Shown here piece after piece: positions 1 through 12,156 of a stretch of DNA of 64,000 nucleotides. Below the pieces are notes generated by a model. That model worked only from the letters and a program-made list of their open reading frames with translations, was not told the origin of the DNA and ran no database searches. A program made the translations under genes and the position numbers. Origin of the DNA: Adineta vaga (taxonomy: Eukaryota; Animalia; Rotifera); NCBI GenBank assembly GCA_021613535.1, contig CP075492.1, positions 2,790,001 to 2,854,000 of the forward strand. The letters are read 5' to 3'. Positions within the stretch are counted from its first letter, which is position 1; each line of letters starts with the position of its first letter.

Positions 1-1050
1 AGAATAAAATCCATCACGTTTATATTCTTCTACTTCAAGCGCTGATGTACATTGTTCATCGGGATGTCGAGCTCTAATTACTGGAGATCGTGCTTGTATT
101 AATAAACCATTAATATCTTTTATATGTGCTTTGCCATCAGGCCATATAATCTATTTCGCTAATGGAAACGTTCGTTGTCCAAGAGTTTTCAATTTCTCCG
201 TTGTTTTTGCAGTAACACTATAAATGGTGTAGCTTCATTGCCTCTATTAATAATATCCCATGTATAAGTAGATTTAGTCCTCCTACGTTTTCTATTAGCT
301 CTAAGTATTTGTGCATCAAGTAGAGGATCATACCAATTGATGATAATTGTGAAAATTATAACTTTCCGTATTTGTATGAATTTGTATTGAATTGTTGAGA
401 ATACGTTCAGCGAATCCTGATTGATCCCACCAAGTTGCATCCTCAATAAACTGCTGTGAATCATATTCTATAACATATTTTAGTTTATCTATGCAACTGT
501 TATAACCTAATAGTGAGAGAAAATTTGTTAAGTTATTCTCGCAATTAATCAAATTTGAATGAATTAAATCTTCTGAATCAATCACTTTCAATTTTATAGA
601 TAAAGTTAACAATGAAATAACTTAATATAGATTGTATCATTTTTATCACTATTTCAATTCGTTCATGTAGATATGGAATATGAAAAGTCGAATTGAGAAA
701 ATCGTTCTGCTTCATTAAGTCTATTTATACTGATATAGAATCATTACTGAAATAGATTTTCTTTTAAAATAAATATGATTAATATGATGTAAATCAATAT
801 GTACAACTTGTTTAATTTCTTTTGAACAAATTGATTGATTAGTTAAGTCAGTTGAAAGTGATACAATGTAAATTTGAAGAAATATTTTACTCGTAGAATC
901 AGATGAAAAATAAGATTGATCATAGTTATATAACAATCATCATTTAATCGAATAATTCGAATATTTCCTATTCTTCTGATGATAATCCATTAAATATATT
1001 TCATCAAACCAGAACCATCATGGATCCAAATGACATGACTTATTTATGTA
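1..1050 (-). pseudogene. Decayed coding remnant of unknown function (runs off the left edge)
   Basis: Protein-like segments switch frame (ORFs 721-936, 328-612, 189-464), then ...KTLGQRTFPLAK*IIWPDGKAHIKDING... continues past an in-frame TAG to the window edge. No recognisable domain. Confidence 0.35.
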
Positions 1051-1797
1051 ACATTTTGGATAAGAAGATACGTTGAATAGTTCTTCATGTACAGATTACA
1101 ATTTCAAATTACGATAACTGTGAGTTCTGTCCAAAAGAGGTGATGAGAATAACAAGAGAGTTATATGGATGATTAGAACTAAATGTAATGTTACTATACT
1201 GTAAGAAAACTACAGAAAACGTCCAGCTACAATAATTGAATATATTATCTGAAATTGATTAGATTAATATCAGTTATAGACGTTTAAATAACACATCAAA
1301 TAAATACAAGAAATATATATTCAGTCATAATTTGAAAATTGAAGACTTGCGGTGTTTAAACGATCTAAACTACCTCATAAGTTGTATTAAGACTTACAAA
1401 AAGCTTTTTTCATCACTTACTAACATCACAATGAGGAATAGTATTGAAAAGATTCTTATTCTTACGTCTTTATCAAAAACATAGATAATAAAAAAAACTA
1501 TTATAGACAATTGTTTTGATATTATTCTGAAGAAATCAGTTATACAAGTAAAAGAAACGGAAAAAGGAAATCATGATCTTTATTTTTATGAGTCATCAGA
1601 ATGATAAAAAAATGAATAGAAGCAACACTATACACTATGATGTCTATTACTCTTTGATTGTAGTGTGTGCATGAACGGAGATTGATAAAGCAGGGTTTAA
1701 ACTGTATATTGAAATTTTCAAATCGGGTTGGATGTTTTTAGAATCATATTCATACGAGTATTGAAATAAAATTTCCACAGGTACTTCTTGCTATCGA

Positions 1798-4700
1798 TTA
1801 AAATTGTAAATGTCTCTGTATGGTATGTTGATATTGAAGAATAGATTTATGAAATGCTGTTCTATAAAATTTCGATGGTAATATGAAAATAATAAATGTA
1901 AGCATAGGTGGAATAAATGAAATAAAATAACCCATAAGAAATAACCATGCATCATGATTTGATTTCATACATTTTGATGTAAAAGAAATAATTAAACGTG
2001 GTATTGCAAGAATAACTAAAAGAACAGGACCTAAAAATAAATGTCGATGTTGACGATAATTTTTTCTTAATATTTCTGAAACAGTTCGTTTTGTTTGAAA
2101 ATTCGATTGTTGACGAGTTTTCATTATTAAAAGAATTGTTGCTGATATTAAATTAATCAAAAATGGTACAAAAAATTGTAAAGTATTCGTTATATTATTA
2201 AATATTTGTAAATGAGATGAATAACTAACAATACACCATATTCGTTTTTCATTATTATCATTATTTTCTTCATTAATTAAACGCCGATAAATCGGATCAT
2301 GTATTGATGTAAGAATATTAAATAACAAAAGACTTGGTATAATTAATTTAGCTATTTTCTTACTTTTCTTTTTAACAAAACGTGCACCTTTAATTATTGT
2401 CATTACACGTTCACAAGCAACACTTGCATTTAACCATTGATCCATATTAAGACAAACACGAAGTAAAAAATCCAAAGAAATACATTGAATTTGTAAAAAT
2501 AAACGATTTTTTATTAGATAAATTTGTGTAAAAATTAATATCCAAAATTTCAATGCAAATAAAATCATAATCAATAAAGTTGTTATCGATGAATAGAATA
2601 AATATAAACCACAACCAACTTCACGAATATTTTTATTTTTAAATGTAATTAATGAAAGTATTCCATTTATAAAACCTATTAGAATACAAATAACATTCAA
2701 TCCTATACTTACTTGAATTATACTTGATTGCTGTAGAATATTAACATTTTGTTGAATATAATATCCTAAAATATTATCGAGTGTTAAACCAAAACCACTT
2801 GTTGTAAATTGACATAATCTTCCATAGAAACATGAAGCACAAGAACAAATGGATTTTTTCGGACAAATTGGTGTGTCTTGAAAACATTTGCCATTATTTT
2901 GACAATCATTTTGTCCTGAACAATCATATGTTTCATTATGATTAAATTCAAAACAATTAGCTAAACGTTGTTGATTAAATTGATAACATATACAAAGATG
3001 AATATGATCATAAAAACATGAAAGATTTAATTGACATAATAAATGATAATATTTTATACGACGTATATGATTTAATTGAATAATACTTTGATTAAATATT
3101 TCATTAATATGATAACAACGATTTGATAAAGTTATTGTTTGAATTATTTCTTTTGTTTGACTAGAATTATTTTCAATAGTAACTAAATAATAATCATTGA
3201 AATAGAATTCAATAAAAATCAGATGAAATAATCTTGACCAAAGAATAGTAATGAATTCTTCTTGAATAGAAATTGTTTGAAATGTTGTTGATCGTAATGG
3301 ATTACTTTGTTTTCGAATTTCAATAAAATGAATAAAAATTGATGATGATAAATGAATATTTTTGTCAAATGTAATTATTATTTTCGTATCATTCATTTCA
3401 CAATATTCTCCTGTATAACCTTTTCGACAAATACAAGTTAAGTTTTTCTTTATTAATTCATATTTATCCGTTGGAATACATTGACCATTATTTTGACATG
3501 CGAACTTTTCACAGATCGTATTTTCAAGTAAACATCGAGAACCGTATTTATTCATTGGACAAACACATATCGATCGATTCGTTGAAGAAATATCAATATA
3601 TAAGGAATCATTCGAACAGATTGTTGAATGTTGTATTGTACAATAACGTCCAGACCAATGTTTATCACATTGACAAAATGTTTTTTGTTTATTATTGAGA
3701 TATTTTCTACATTGACCATTTTGACATGGATTTATTGAACAACTTTCAATATTTTGATCATTATTTGGTATATAAATAAGAAGTGATAAACGATATACAG
3801 GTAAAAATAAAAATTGAATTGGATAAAGAAAACTTGCTCGATAATTTAATGGAAATTTTTCATAAATATCAATACGGATTTCATAAGTTTTACTTTGAAG
3901 TTTTGGTCGATTTGCATATGTTAAATAAACAGAATGTTTTGTTTGACAATCACGTATTGATAAATAAGTAAATTGTTCGTATGAATGAATTATATTATCA
4001 TTATCAATTAATAAAATAAGAATTTCAAATGGCATTTGTAAAGAATTTGGTGATACTTGAAATCGAAGTGATAAACTGATACGTTCATTTTGATATTGAC
4101 ATTGTGAACCATAATAACTAGGTGGACAAAAACATATTGTTCGTGTCGTGTTCTTATTTAACCAAAGACGCATAGAAATACCACGATGACAATTATCTAT
4201 CGAAATTGAAGGTAAGAAATCGGCATGTTTTTTATTATATTTTGTTTTATCTTCGATTTTTTCTATTGTATTATTGAGAGTAAAATATATAATTCGTTCT
4301 TTTGAATATCCTTGCATTTGATTACATAAAAAATGTTCAATAGCAGTTGCATTTATACGTTCTTCTGCCCAACAAATCGAATAAAACGAATATTTTTTTG
4401 TTGTTGTACAAAATTGCTCATCTTCACCCTGAAGACAAAGTTTGTCATCGTTACATAATTCCGAATATTCAATACATGGTTCGAAACGAGCATTTATACA
4501 ATAAAAGTTCTTTGTATTAATTACTTGATAATCTGTTCGACATAATGCCGGTTCATCACTAGCTCCAAGACAATCAATATGACTATCATTTACTTGTTTA
4601 GTTGTTATACAAATAAATTCATTTGTAATAGGTGAAACACATTGAATTTCATTTGAAGAACAGTTTGATGATGATATATGACAATTTGTTTCATCGGCAC

Positions 4701-6435
4701 CATTTCGACAATTCAATATACCATTACAACGAGTATAGATATTATCACATAACCAATGTTCACATTCAGTTTCATCAGTTTCATATCGTTCATTGATTTT
4801 GATTGGTATTAATTCAGTGAATCCATCACAAATTGTTTGAAATGAAATATGTGTTTTTGCATATTCAAGTTTCATTTCTTCTCTATCCCAATTCATGGGT
4901 TCCGTTAGAAAAACAGTATGATTAAGTGAAATTTCATCTTCATCATCGCTATTAGGACAATCACGTATACTATTTTTGAGACGATATATAGAAATACATT
5001 TTGATGAATTAATACATTGATACATATTTGATCTTTTACAAATTATCGAGTTATAATTATATACTTGTTGATATTGCCAAAGATCATGACGTAATATCAA
5101 TGAAAGATATATTCGAGTGATTGAATGAACACTAACCTGTCCAAGAATGAATGGAATAATTACACGATGACACATTCGATTATTGAATTTAACAATTGAA
5201 TAATTACCAAAATTCTTTGAAAGTTCTTTAAAATAACGATCATAACGAGAATTATTATAACATAGATAAGGATATTTATATTCATTTGAATCCTTCATAG
5301 TTGAATTGTATTTTTCATAAGCAAAATAAATGTCACCAAATAAAATTGGAATAATTGGCATAGAAATCATATCTGGACAATTAAGTTCAATAATCTTTTT
5401 GCACGGTTTGTTTTCACAAGAATGGGCACAATTGGAGAAAGATGGCTTATGTAATTCAATGGCATCACATAGAAATGCATTCCAACATTGATCAGATGTT
5501 GTATTATCTTTCATAGAAAACATATTCATCAATATCGCCCTGTCACGTTGTGACCAACAAGAATCAATCCATGTTTTAGCTTGACATCTAACATCTTCAC
5601 ATTTAAATGATGGTTTTTCTTGATTACATCCATTATTTTCATTATAAGCACCTATATATTCATCCGAACGATCAAGACAATCAGGAAAATTTTCCTCATC
5701 TAGAACAAATGATTTTGGTATACATTGCCCATTAATACATCGATATTCATCATCATGACATTCGTTAATTTCAAGTTGCCAACAATCTTTTTCATCAAGT
5801 TCTGTATCAAAACAATCAATTCGTCCATTACAAATATCAGTCCAATCTAAACATATTGGTGAATGTTCATGATGACATTCTAAATGAATATAACAAGTAA
5901 AATTAATTGGTTTATATTGATATGTAGAATAAAAATCATCAATTATTTCCATGAATGATGAATGCTGTGGACGATAATGATCAAATTCATATTGACACAT
6001 TGAACCAAATCTTGGAAATGTACAATTATAAAACACTTCTTGAGATAAAGATGATTTATTAAATAATGATAATTCATTTAAATAGAATTGATAATTTTCA
6101 ATAATATCTATTGGTGTTGACCAAAGATATAATTGTTCACTTGTAATGTTTTCTATTGAAAGTTCTTCAAAAGTAAACTTTGAAAAAATATCATCGATTT
6201 CAATTGAAAATTTCGATGGTAATTCACTCATACAATAGAACATGATTTCACGACTAATATTACCTTTTTCGTTCAATATATCGATACGCAAACAATCGTG
6301 TTGTAAAATATTATTGTTTTCAGGGTTACTTGTCCAATCTGAATTGTGAAGATTGATTTGAGGCATAGCAAAAATCCAATGAATCAAATTCAAATAAAAT
6401 ATGTTTCGTATATGAAGCATTTTCTCTTTTATCAA
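1798..6435 (-). CDS. LDL-receptor class A / EGF repeat-containing rhodopsin-like GPCR (single ORF, ~1,540 aa)
   Basis: Multiple LDLa motifs (C..DW..IC.G..DC...DE; YRCINGQCI...DCLDRSDE), EGF repeats (CQNGQC...CQC..WSGRYC; CQNNGQC...CICRKGYTGEYC) and a C-terminal 7TM with ACER (DRY-like) and FIIFILPS. Confidence 0.88.
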   Translation of the reverse strand: MIKEKMLHIRNIFYLNLIHWIFAMPQINLHNSDWTSNPENNNILQHDCLRIDILNEKGNISREIMFYCMSELPSKFSIEIDDIFSKFTFEELSIENITSEQLYLWSTPIDIIENYQFYLNELSLFNKSSLSQEVFYNCTFPRFGSMCQYEFDHYRPQHSSFMEIIDDFYSTYQYKPINFTCYIHLECHHEHSPICLDWTDICNGRIDCFDTELDEKDCWQLEINECHDDEYRCINGQCIPKSFVLDEENFPDCLDRSDEYIGAYNENNGCNQEKPSFKCEDVRCQAKTWIDSCWSQRDRAILMNMFSMKDNTTSDQCWNAFLCDAIELHKPSFSNCAHSCENKPCKKIIELNCPDMISMPIIPILFGDIYFAYEKYNSTMKDSNEYKYPYLCYNNSRYDRYFKELSKNFGNYSIVKFNNRMCHRVIIPFILGQVSVHSITRIYLSLILRHDLWQYQQVYNYNSIICKRSNMYQCINSSKCISIYRLKNSIRDCPNSDDEDEISLNHTVFLTEPMNWDREEMKLEYAKTHISFQTICDGFTELIPIKINERYETDETECEHWLCDNIYTRCNGILNCRNGADETNCHISSSNCSSNEIQCVSPITNEFICITTKQVNDSHIDCLGASDEPALCRTDYQVINTKNFYCINARFEPCIEYSELCNDDKLCLQGEDEQFCTTTKKYSFYSICWAEERINATAIEHFLCNQMQGYSKERIIYFTLNNTIEKIEDKTKYNKKHADFLPSISIDNCHRGISMRLWLNKNTTRTICFCPPSYYGSQCQYQNERISLSLRFQVSPNSLQMPFEILILLIDNDNIIHSYEQFTYLSIRDCQTKHSVYLTYANRPKLQSKTYEIRIDIYEKFPLNYRASFLYPIQFLFLPVYRLSLLIYIPNNDQNIESCSINPCQNGQCRKYLNNKQKTFCQCDKHWSGRYCTIQHSTICSNDSLYIDISSTNRSICVCPMNKYGSRCLLENTICEKFACQNNGQCIPTDKYELIKKNLTCICRKGYTGEYCEMNDTKIIITFDKNIHLSSSIFIHFIEIRKQSNPLRSTTFQTISIQEEFITILWSRLFHLIFIEFYFNDYYLVTIENNSSQTKEIIQTITLSNRCYHINEIFNQSIIQLNHIRRIKYYHLLCQLNLSCFYDHIHLCICYQFNQQRLANCFEFNHNETYDCSGQNDCQNNGKCFQDTPICPKKSICSCASCFYGRLCQFTTSGFGLTLDNILGYYIQQNVNILQQSSIIQVSIGLNVICILIGFINGILSLITFKNKNIREVGCGLYLFYSSITTLLIMILFALKFWILIFTQIYLIKNRLFLQIQCISLDFLLRVCLNMDQWLNASVACERVMTIIKGARFVKKKSKKIAKLIIPSLLLFNILTSIHDPIYRRLINEENNDNNEKRIWCIVSYSSHLQIFNNITNTLQFFVPFLINLISATILLIMKTRQQSNFQTKRTVSEILRKNYRQHRHLFLGPVLLVILAIPRLIISFTSKCMKSNHDAWLFLMGYFISFIPPMLTFIIFILPSKFYRTAFHKSILQYQHTIQRHLQF

Positions 6436-6975
6436 AGAAAAAGAGAGAAATGAATTTGCTGTTTTCTTTTATGTCTCCGTTTGTATTATTAAAGCATATG
6501 GAATCACTGATTTAAGAACAGAAGTTTATAATCAAATATAAAAGCAAAGCATTTGTTCCTGCTTAGAAGCTTTTTTTTTATAATGTGCGCAATTGCTGAC
6601 GTAAATTTAAACTATTTGATATAAAATCATTTTTTCCCAGTATGACTTTTGACATTTTAAATGTGTTCATTATTTTTAATATGTGAAGGGATGGATGTGT
6701 GCCATGAATTTGTATACGAATAAAATACATTACTTTATATTATCTTTTGTATAAATTCGATCTTTAATCAATTTCGAAGGAATTCCTGTCAAACATATAT
6801 CACCCTTTGGATCATAAAAGAACATTCTCACTTTTATAGTTGAAAGAAAACACGTGCCTAGAAATCATAATACTACATGCTGATATGACTATAGAACAAA
6901 AAGGAAGAAACATTCTACCGACAACCATATAAAGTCAATTAAATATTTTACTGCTGAAGTTAACATCAGAAAATT

Positions 6976-7130
6976 TGTCATGGAATCATCTGTGATTCAG
7001 ATTGCATAGCATCAGACTCAACTTATATTAGTTGTCTTACTTTTACTGCTTGTATTATTGGTAATATAATCAATATTCTTATTTGGTGTCGATTAAAATA
7101 TTTCTTGCAACACAATCGTTTAGTTCAATG
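6976..7130 (+). pseudogene. Possible GPCR TM1 fragment
   Basis: Translates to ...YISCLTFTACIIGNIINILIWCRLK, resembling a class-A TM1 'GN' motif, followed by stops. No continuation found. Confidence 0.25.
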
Positions 7131-7547
7131 ACATTTTCAATGATCGGTTTCGAAGTAATTGATCAATTTTTTTCAACAAATTTTTACATTTAAATTAGCT
7201 CAATGTTGCAAAAGATGATTTTCTTGGAATAAAAATACTATTCATTCAGACATGATCCACATGAATTATCTGTTGAATATTGAAATGGAATGAATGTATA
7301 TATGTGATCTAGAGACAAAGTTCTTTTTTTGCACATCGTCTTCAATTAGAAAATGTAATCTACACATATGGTATTTGTTTGAAATAAAGGATAAGATTAA
7401 ACTTTTTTTTTTAAATAGAATTAGAAAATAGCTCCTTTGCAATCTATTTTTACATGGATGAAAAGTCATTCTGGAGATTGTCTACACAAAAATAATCACA
7501 ACATTATAGTATTCATAGTCAGATTGGGTTTATCTTTTCTTTACAAC

Positions 7548-8200
7548 GGGTTGGTGAACGATGAGCACAAGAACGATGAGCACACAGAATGATGAGCACC
7601 GGAAAGTTCAGCAACGAAAAGTTGAGCACAAGATATGGATAAGTCTTCATTTCAAAAAAGGTACTTCACTGAACTTTTTTTAAAAAAATTTCTGAGATTT
7701 GCAGAGTTTAAAAGGAAGTTTTTAGATTTACAAACCTTTAAACGTCTCGTCTGAACACAAATTTGGAACCTTATGATATGAAATATTTCCTACGCTTCGT
7801 AAAGCATAGAAATGATTCGTACGAAAAAACCAAAACATTGAGAATTTATATAAAGTCCTACGGGTTCCACATGAAATTCTGAAACTTCGCCAATAAAATC
7901 AGATTTGATTGAAAAAACCACATTCAGGTTTTGATATTTTCGTATGAAGCCCAGATAAGGTTTCATATGATAGGTTTTGGAGATCGTGTCGTAGGAAAGA
8001 TTCTTCAAAAGTAGAGATCCATATTCTGTATCTCTGTTCAAAGGTTTGTAAATCTAAAAACTTCCTTTTAAACTCTGCAAGTCTCAGAAATTTTTTAAAA
8101 AAAAGTTCAGTGAAGTACCTTTTTTGAAATGTAGACTTATCCATATCTTGTGCTCAACTTTTCGTTACTGAACGTTCCGGTGCTCATCGTTCCGGTTCCC
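7548..8200. mobile_element. Non-autonomous foldback/MITE-like element with ~155-bp terminal inverted repeats
   Basis: 7587-7743 is a near-perfect reverse complement of 8036-8192. The ends read GGG...CCC. The left end carries three tandem GAAYGATGAGCAC units. There is no coding capacity and no TSD was identified. Confidence 0.8.
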
Positions 8201-8291
8201 ATGCTTTTTATGAATAATCAGATAGAAGAAGAAAAAAAGATAACATATCGAGAACAATAAAAAAACAGCATAATCATTGTCTAATTATAGA

Positions 8292-8339
8292 TTGAGGGTG
8301 TGAAAAAAACACAATACCCACACATTCACCCACCCTCAA
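8292..8339. repeat. Telomere-like inverted repeat unit
   Basis: TTGAGGGTG...CACCCTCAA is a perfect 9-bp IR with extra ACCCACAC. It lies 7 bp beyond the AKR stop codon. Confidence 0.7.
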
Positions 8340-8345
8340 GAAAAG

Positions 8346-9614
8346 TTAGGAATGGCCGATAATTCGATGTGGTTGATAGAGTTCTTCGAGAGACTTGATT
8401 TCGTCTTCCGAAAGTTTGATAGTGGTCGCCGCCACTGCTTCTTCAAGCTGATACATTTTTGAAGCACCAATGATCGGACTAGTCACGCCCGGTTTTGACA
8501 ACAACCAGGCGAGAGCAAGTTGAGCTGGTTTCACTTGCTTCTTCTCAGCCAACGATTTCACACGGTCGACGATCGCAAAATCACTGTCTGCATAGTAGCG
8601 TTGATGGGCAAACGCATCGGTTGCAGCTCTCTTGGTAGCTGCGGCTCCTTCTCCATCCTTTTTTTCAATGTCACTTTTGCTACGATTGCCTGCCAAGAAT
8701 CCACCAGCTTGTGGCGCCCATGGAATGAGACCAACGCCTTGATCCCAACAAAGTGGATTCATTTCCCGTTCTTCTTCACGATAAACAAGCTACAAACAGA
8801 AAAATATTGACGAAAACAACATCCAAACATATCTTCTAAACTTACATTGTAATGATTCTGCATTGAAATAAATTTTGTCCAGCCGTTCTTTTCTGCCACA
8901 TGCTGAGCTTTAGCAAATTGCCATGCATACATGGAAGATGCACCGATATAGCGAACCTATGATGAGCGAAAGTTTAAATTAAAGAAAAATTCAAAACAAA
9001 CAGCACCTTTCCTGATTTGACAAGATCATGTAGTGCTTCCATCGTCTCCTCTAGAATAGAAACGATGTCAAGTCCGATGCTTGAAGTAATGACTGATTCT
9101 CACCGATTGGCGTGTCTTTGTCAAAACGATGAATTTGATAGAGATCGATATAGGTCATGTTGAGTCGTTTCAGACTTGCATCGCATGCCGCAAATATGTG
9201 TTTGCGACTCAAACCCTTGCGATTTGGTCCCTCTGAATGCGGAAAATACACTTTGGTCGCCAGAACGATCTCTTCTCGAATAGCCATATCGTTCAGAGCT
9301 CGACCAGTCACTTCTTCACTGACACCCGCCGAGTACTAGAATTAGTAAAATGATTGAGTTGAACTGTGTATTCTTTATTTTACCATATCGGCCGTGTCGA
9401 AGAAATTGATTCCGAGTTCCAATGCTCGTTTAATGAATGGACGTGATTGTTCTTCAGGCAGAACCCAATCACGCCACTTGGATGTTCCATAGGTCATCAT
9501 ACCCAAACAAATCCGTGATACTTGCATGCCGCTGTTGCCTAATCTAATATATGGTATGCCACTCTTTTTCATGCCTTCTACTACGGATATCTTTTGCTGA
9601 TCATTCGATGCCAT
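8346..9614 (-). CDS. Aldo-keto reductase (YajO/aryl-alcohol-dehydrogenase-like, microbial type), 5 exons
   Basis: Exons 9614-9384, 9335-9104, 9050-9007, 8956-8846 and 8789-8346 join in frame across GT-AG introns of 48, 53, 50 and 56 nt. Motifs: [47 protein letters not shown]. Confidence 0.92.
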
Positions 9615-9875
9615 TATGAAACAATGCTAAGAAGTCAATTTTCGTTACAGAAGAAACTATGAGCTCGGGGAAAATGAAGTCAGATTGTTGTCTATTGTGA
9701 TATCGTTTTTCTCTATGTGTTTGTGACGTGTGCTTTATACTCCCATAAACACATCTTATCAATTCTTTTATTATATTAAAGAACAGAACGAAAGAATGAG
9801 GTAGGATACATAAGACAGCAGTAGCTCGAATGAGGGTAGATGTTTTTATCTTTTGCGTGTTGATTATCGTCCATT

Positions 9876-9934
9876 GATGGTGTGGGTGAGGGTGGGTTAA
9901 GAGCATAGCCTCATGTACACCCACACCCTCATCC
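9876..9934. repeat. Telomere-like inverted repeat unit
   Basis: GGTGTGGGTGAGGGTGGG-(~19 nt)-ACACCCACACCCTCATCC, just beyond the ART-TPR stop at 9941. Confidence 0.75.
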
Positions 9935-9940
9935 GTTTAA

Positions 9941-11626
9941 TCATTGCTCATGTTGTAGCAATTGTCGCGTGCTGATAATGCGCCTTTGCAGATTCTCAAC
10001 AGATTGTTCGTTAGACTTTTGTTGATTATTTTCGAGCAATGTCACAGCTTGTGAGTGGTTACCTTGTTCCCTTTGAATATCACTGATCGCGACGTAGAGA
10101 GAAACAAGATCAGGATGTTCAGGTGGCAAATAGCTCAGACCGATATCCAATGATTTCTGAGAATGGTCGAGCGCTTTGGCGTACTCTTTTTTGTATGCGT
10201 AATAAGCTGCGAGGCCATTGTGTACGCGAATAAGACGACGCGGTTGATTGAGAGCGGAAGGATCATGAAGTAAGCCAAGATAGAACTTTTCGATGAGTTG
10301 AGACTCGTCCATTCTGATGAGTAAAGCACCCATGTATCGTAAGGGATCGGCAAGTACATCATTGTTTTCTAAGGGCTTCATAAAACGTAGCAGTTGTTCA
10401 TCGTCGTCGTCAATCAGTGTTAGTTTTACGTTCCAAAGCGCAAAATAATCGGTAGCTTGCTCGACTGATTCAATACGAAAGATGGTACTTCTAGCGAAGC
10501 AAATCACGTCTTTTTTTGATTCATCATCAAGTAGCGCAAACGGACTCTTCTTACTGTATACGGATGGCTTGATCTGTATTTCGAAGATAACCGCCGTCAA
10601 TTCATGATGCGTTCTTCGCCGGCGACGGACAAAGTCAAGAGCGACTTCCTTATCGATATTAGTCTCGAGAAAGTTAACAAAAGAAAGAAGACCACCGCAG
10701 TTGTTTTTCACTAAAGTTTCGAACTTGTCGCTTGACATCGTTTTACCGCGATAGACGATTAGAATATTTTGCAGCTGCGAGAGAGTATTATCTTGTCGAA
10801 TAGTGAGTTGAGTCTGCACGTGTTTGACAAAGAAGCCAATCTTATAAAGAATGGCATAGTCTTTAGTACATTCAGCTCGATTCAACATCCGCGAGACAAA
10901 ACATGACTGTGTTAACCACCAGAGAGCTTTTTGAGGGCGATAGTTTTTCTCAAAATCATTAATATCTTGCAGCTGCTCGTTGTTCTGTGCATAATGTGTT
11001 CGACAGAAAGTAACAAACTCATTTTTAGCTTCATTTTCGAATTTAAATCGAAGTTGATCTTCTTTTCTTAATAGGGTGAAAAGAAATGATGCTTCTTGTT
11101 TAGTAGCATTGGAAAACGAGATCTCGTGTTGATCGGATATGGGAACTGAACTGATAACGATACAATCGAATTCATACAGTTCAATGTCATTTTGCAATTG
11201 TTGGCAAAGAAGTGTGAAATCTCCAAAGATATTTGTTTGCTCTTCGTTTTCTACTCTTTCACGAATACATGAGTCAAAAATGTAGATTTTCTCTAGCTGT
11301 GGTAAGTGAGCAATGTATTCAGCGGAGTGAATAAATGCCGCCGGTACGATGAGAAATAACTTTTCAACTTGAGTATTTTTCGCAAAAGTAATGCACGCGT
11401 CCACATCGGTAAATATCTTCAATGTACAGACAATTTTACATAGCTGTGCTTTTGCTTGATCAATCTTTATCGAAGGTTCATCAGTAAGTAAAAGAATGAT
11501 ACAATTTTCCAAAATACGTGTCGGTTGAGGATCGGCTGTTGTAACTAAGGAAACATTTTGCACATCACTTTTCCAAATTGTGGACAAAGCGGTAGCTGTG
11601 TTCATTTTTGATGATGAGCAACCCAT
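9941..11626 (-). CDS. ADP-ribosyltransferase-like domain + TPR protein with N-terminal MGCSSS lipidation motif; active site degenerate
   Basis: ATG at 11626 (MGCSSSK). ART-like core WWLT...YRG...SFVNFLETN...FEI...IFRIESV. C-terminal TPRs (HNGLAAYY...LPPEHPDL). Paralogous to 50085-51746. Confidence 0.8.
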   Translation of the reverse strand: MGCSSSKMNTATALSTIWKSDVQNVSLVTTADPQPTRILENCIILLLTDEPSIKIDQAKAQLCKIVCTLKIFTDVDACITFAKNTQVEKLFLIVPAAFIHSAEYIAHLPQLEKIYIFDSCIRERVENEEQTNIFGDFTLLCQQLQNDIELYEFDCIVISSVPISDQHEISFSNATKQEASFLFTLLRKEDQLRFKFENEAKNEFVTFCRTHYAQNNEQLQDINDFEKNYRPQKALWWLTQSCFVSRMLNRAECTKDYAILYKIGFFVKHVQTQLTIRQDNTLSQLQNILIVYRGKTMSSDKFETLVKNNCGGLLSFVNFLETNIDKEVALDFVRRRRRTHHELTAVIFEIQIKPSVYSKKSPFALLDDESKKDVICFARSTIFRIESVEQATDYFALWNVKLTLIDDDDEQLLRFMKPLENNDVLADPLRYMGALLIRMDESQLIEKFYLGLLHDPSALNQPRRLIRVHNGLAAYYAYKKEYAKALDHSQKSLDIGLSYLPPEHPDLVSLYVAISDIQREQGNHSQAVTLLENNQQKSNEQSVENLQRRIISTRQLLQHEQ

Positions 11627-12089
11627 CACGAACAGTAATCTAACGATTTATAATCTTCGTCTAATAAATCTACCAGAGTGCGAGGAGAGGCAATTTAATG
11701 AATCGCTGTACCACGGTGTGTTAGATATAAAATTCGATGTCATTCACCATGGATTGGCACAGTTGTTGACTATGTTTTGGGAGCATGAATATCTAGAAGA
11801 AACGTCTAATTTTTTTCTCAATGATATTTATAAAGAAAACTCAGAATGCCAGCATTAAAAGAAATTCAATAACATTACTTATTTTCATCCGCTTTAACAA
11901 AGAAGATGAACATTGATGATTAACATATTCAATTACCGATTAATTATCTCTTAAAATGAGTCGTCTTGGAAAAAGATGTTAAGAAACTTGCCTGGATCTC
12001 TTTTCTCACATCTTCTATCTCATTATTCTTTTCGGAACCTATAGGAGAAGCGAATAATGAACTTTTACTATGGTAGTTTTTTTAACAAG

Positions 12090-12156
12090 GAGTGGGTGAA
12101 GGTGTGAGGACATCTTTATTGTACTTACCTTCATCCACTCTAACCTTCACACTCAC
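12090..12156. repeat. Telomere-like inverted repeat unit
   Basis: GAGTGGGTGAAGGT (12090-12103) pairs with ACCTTCATCCACTC (12127-12140) with one mismatch, plus extra CACACTCAC. Confidence 0.7.

Noticed and set aside
7790-8144. Two short ORFs in the foldback element
   Set aside because: They lie in and between the IR arms and show no protein motif.
9601-9924. 107-aa ORF containing THPHPH
   Set aside because: It arises from the telomere-like palindrome and the AKR upstream region.
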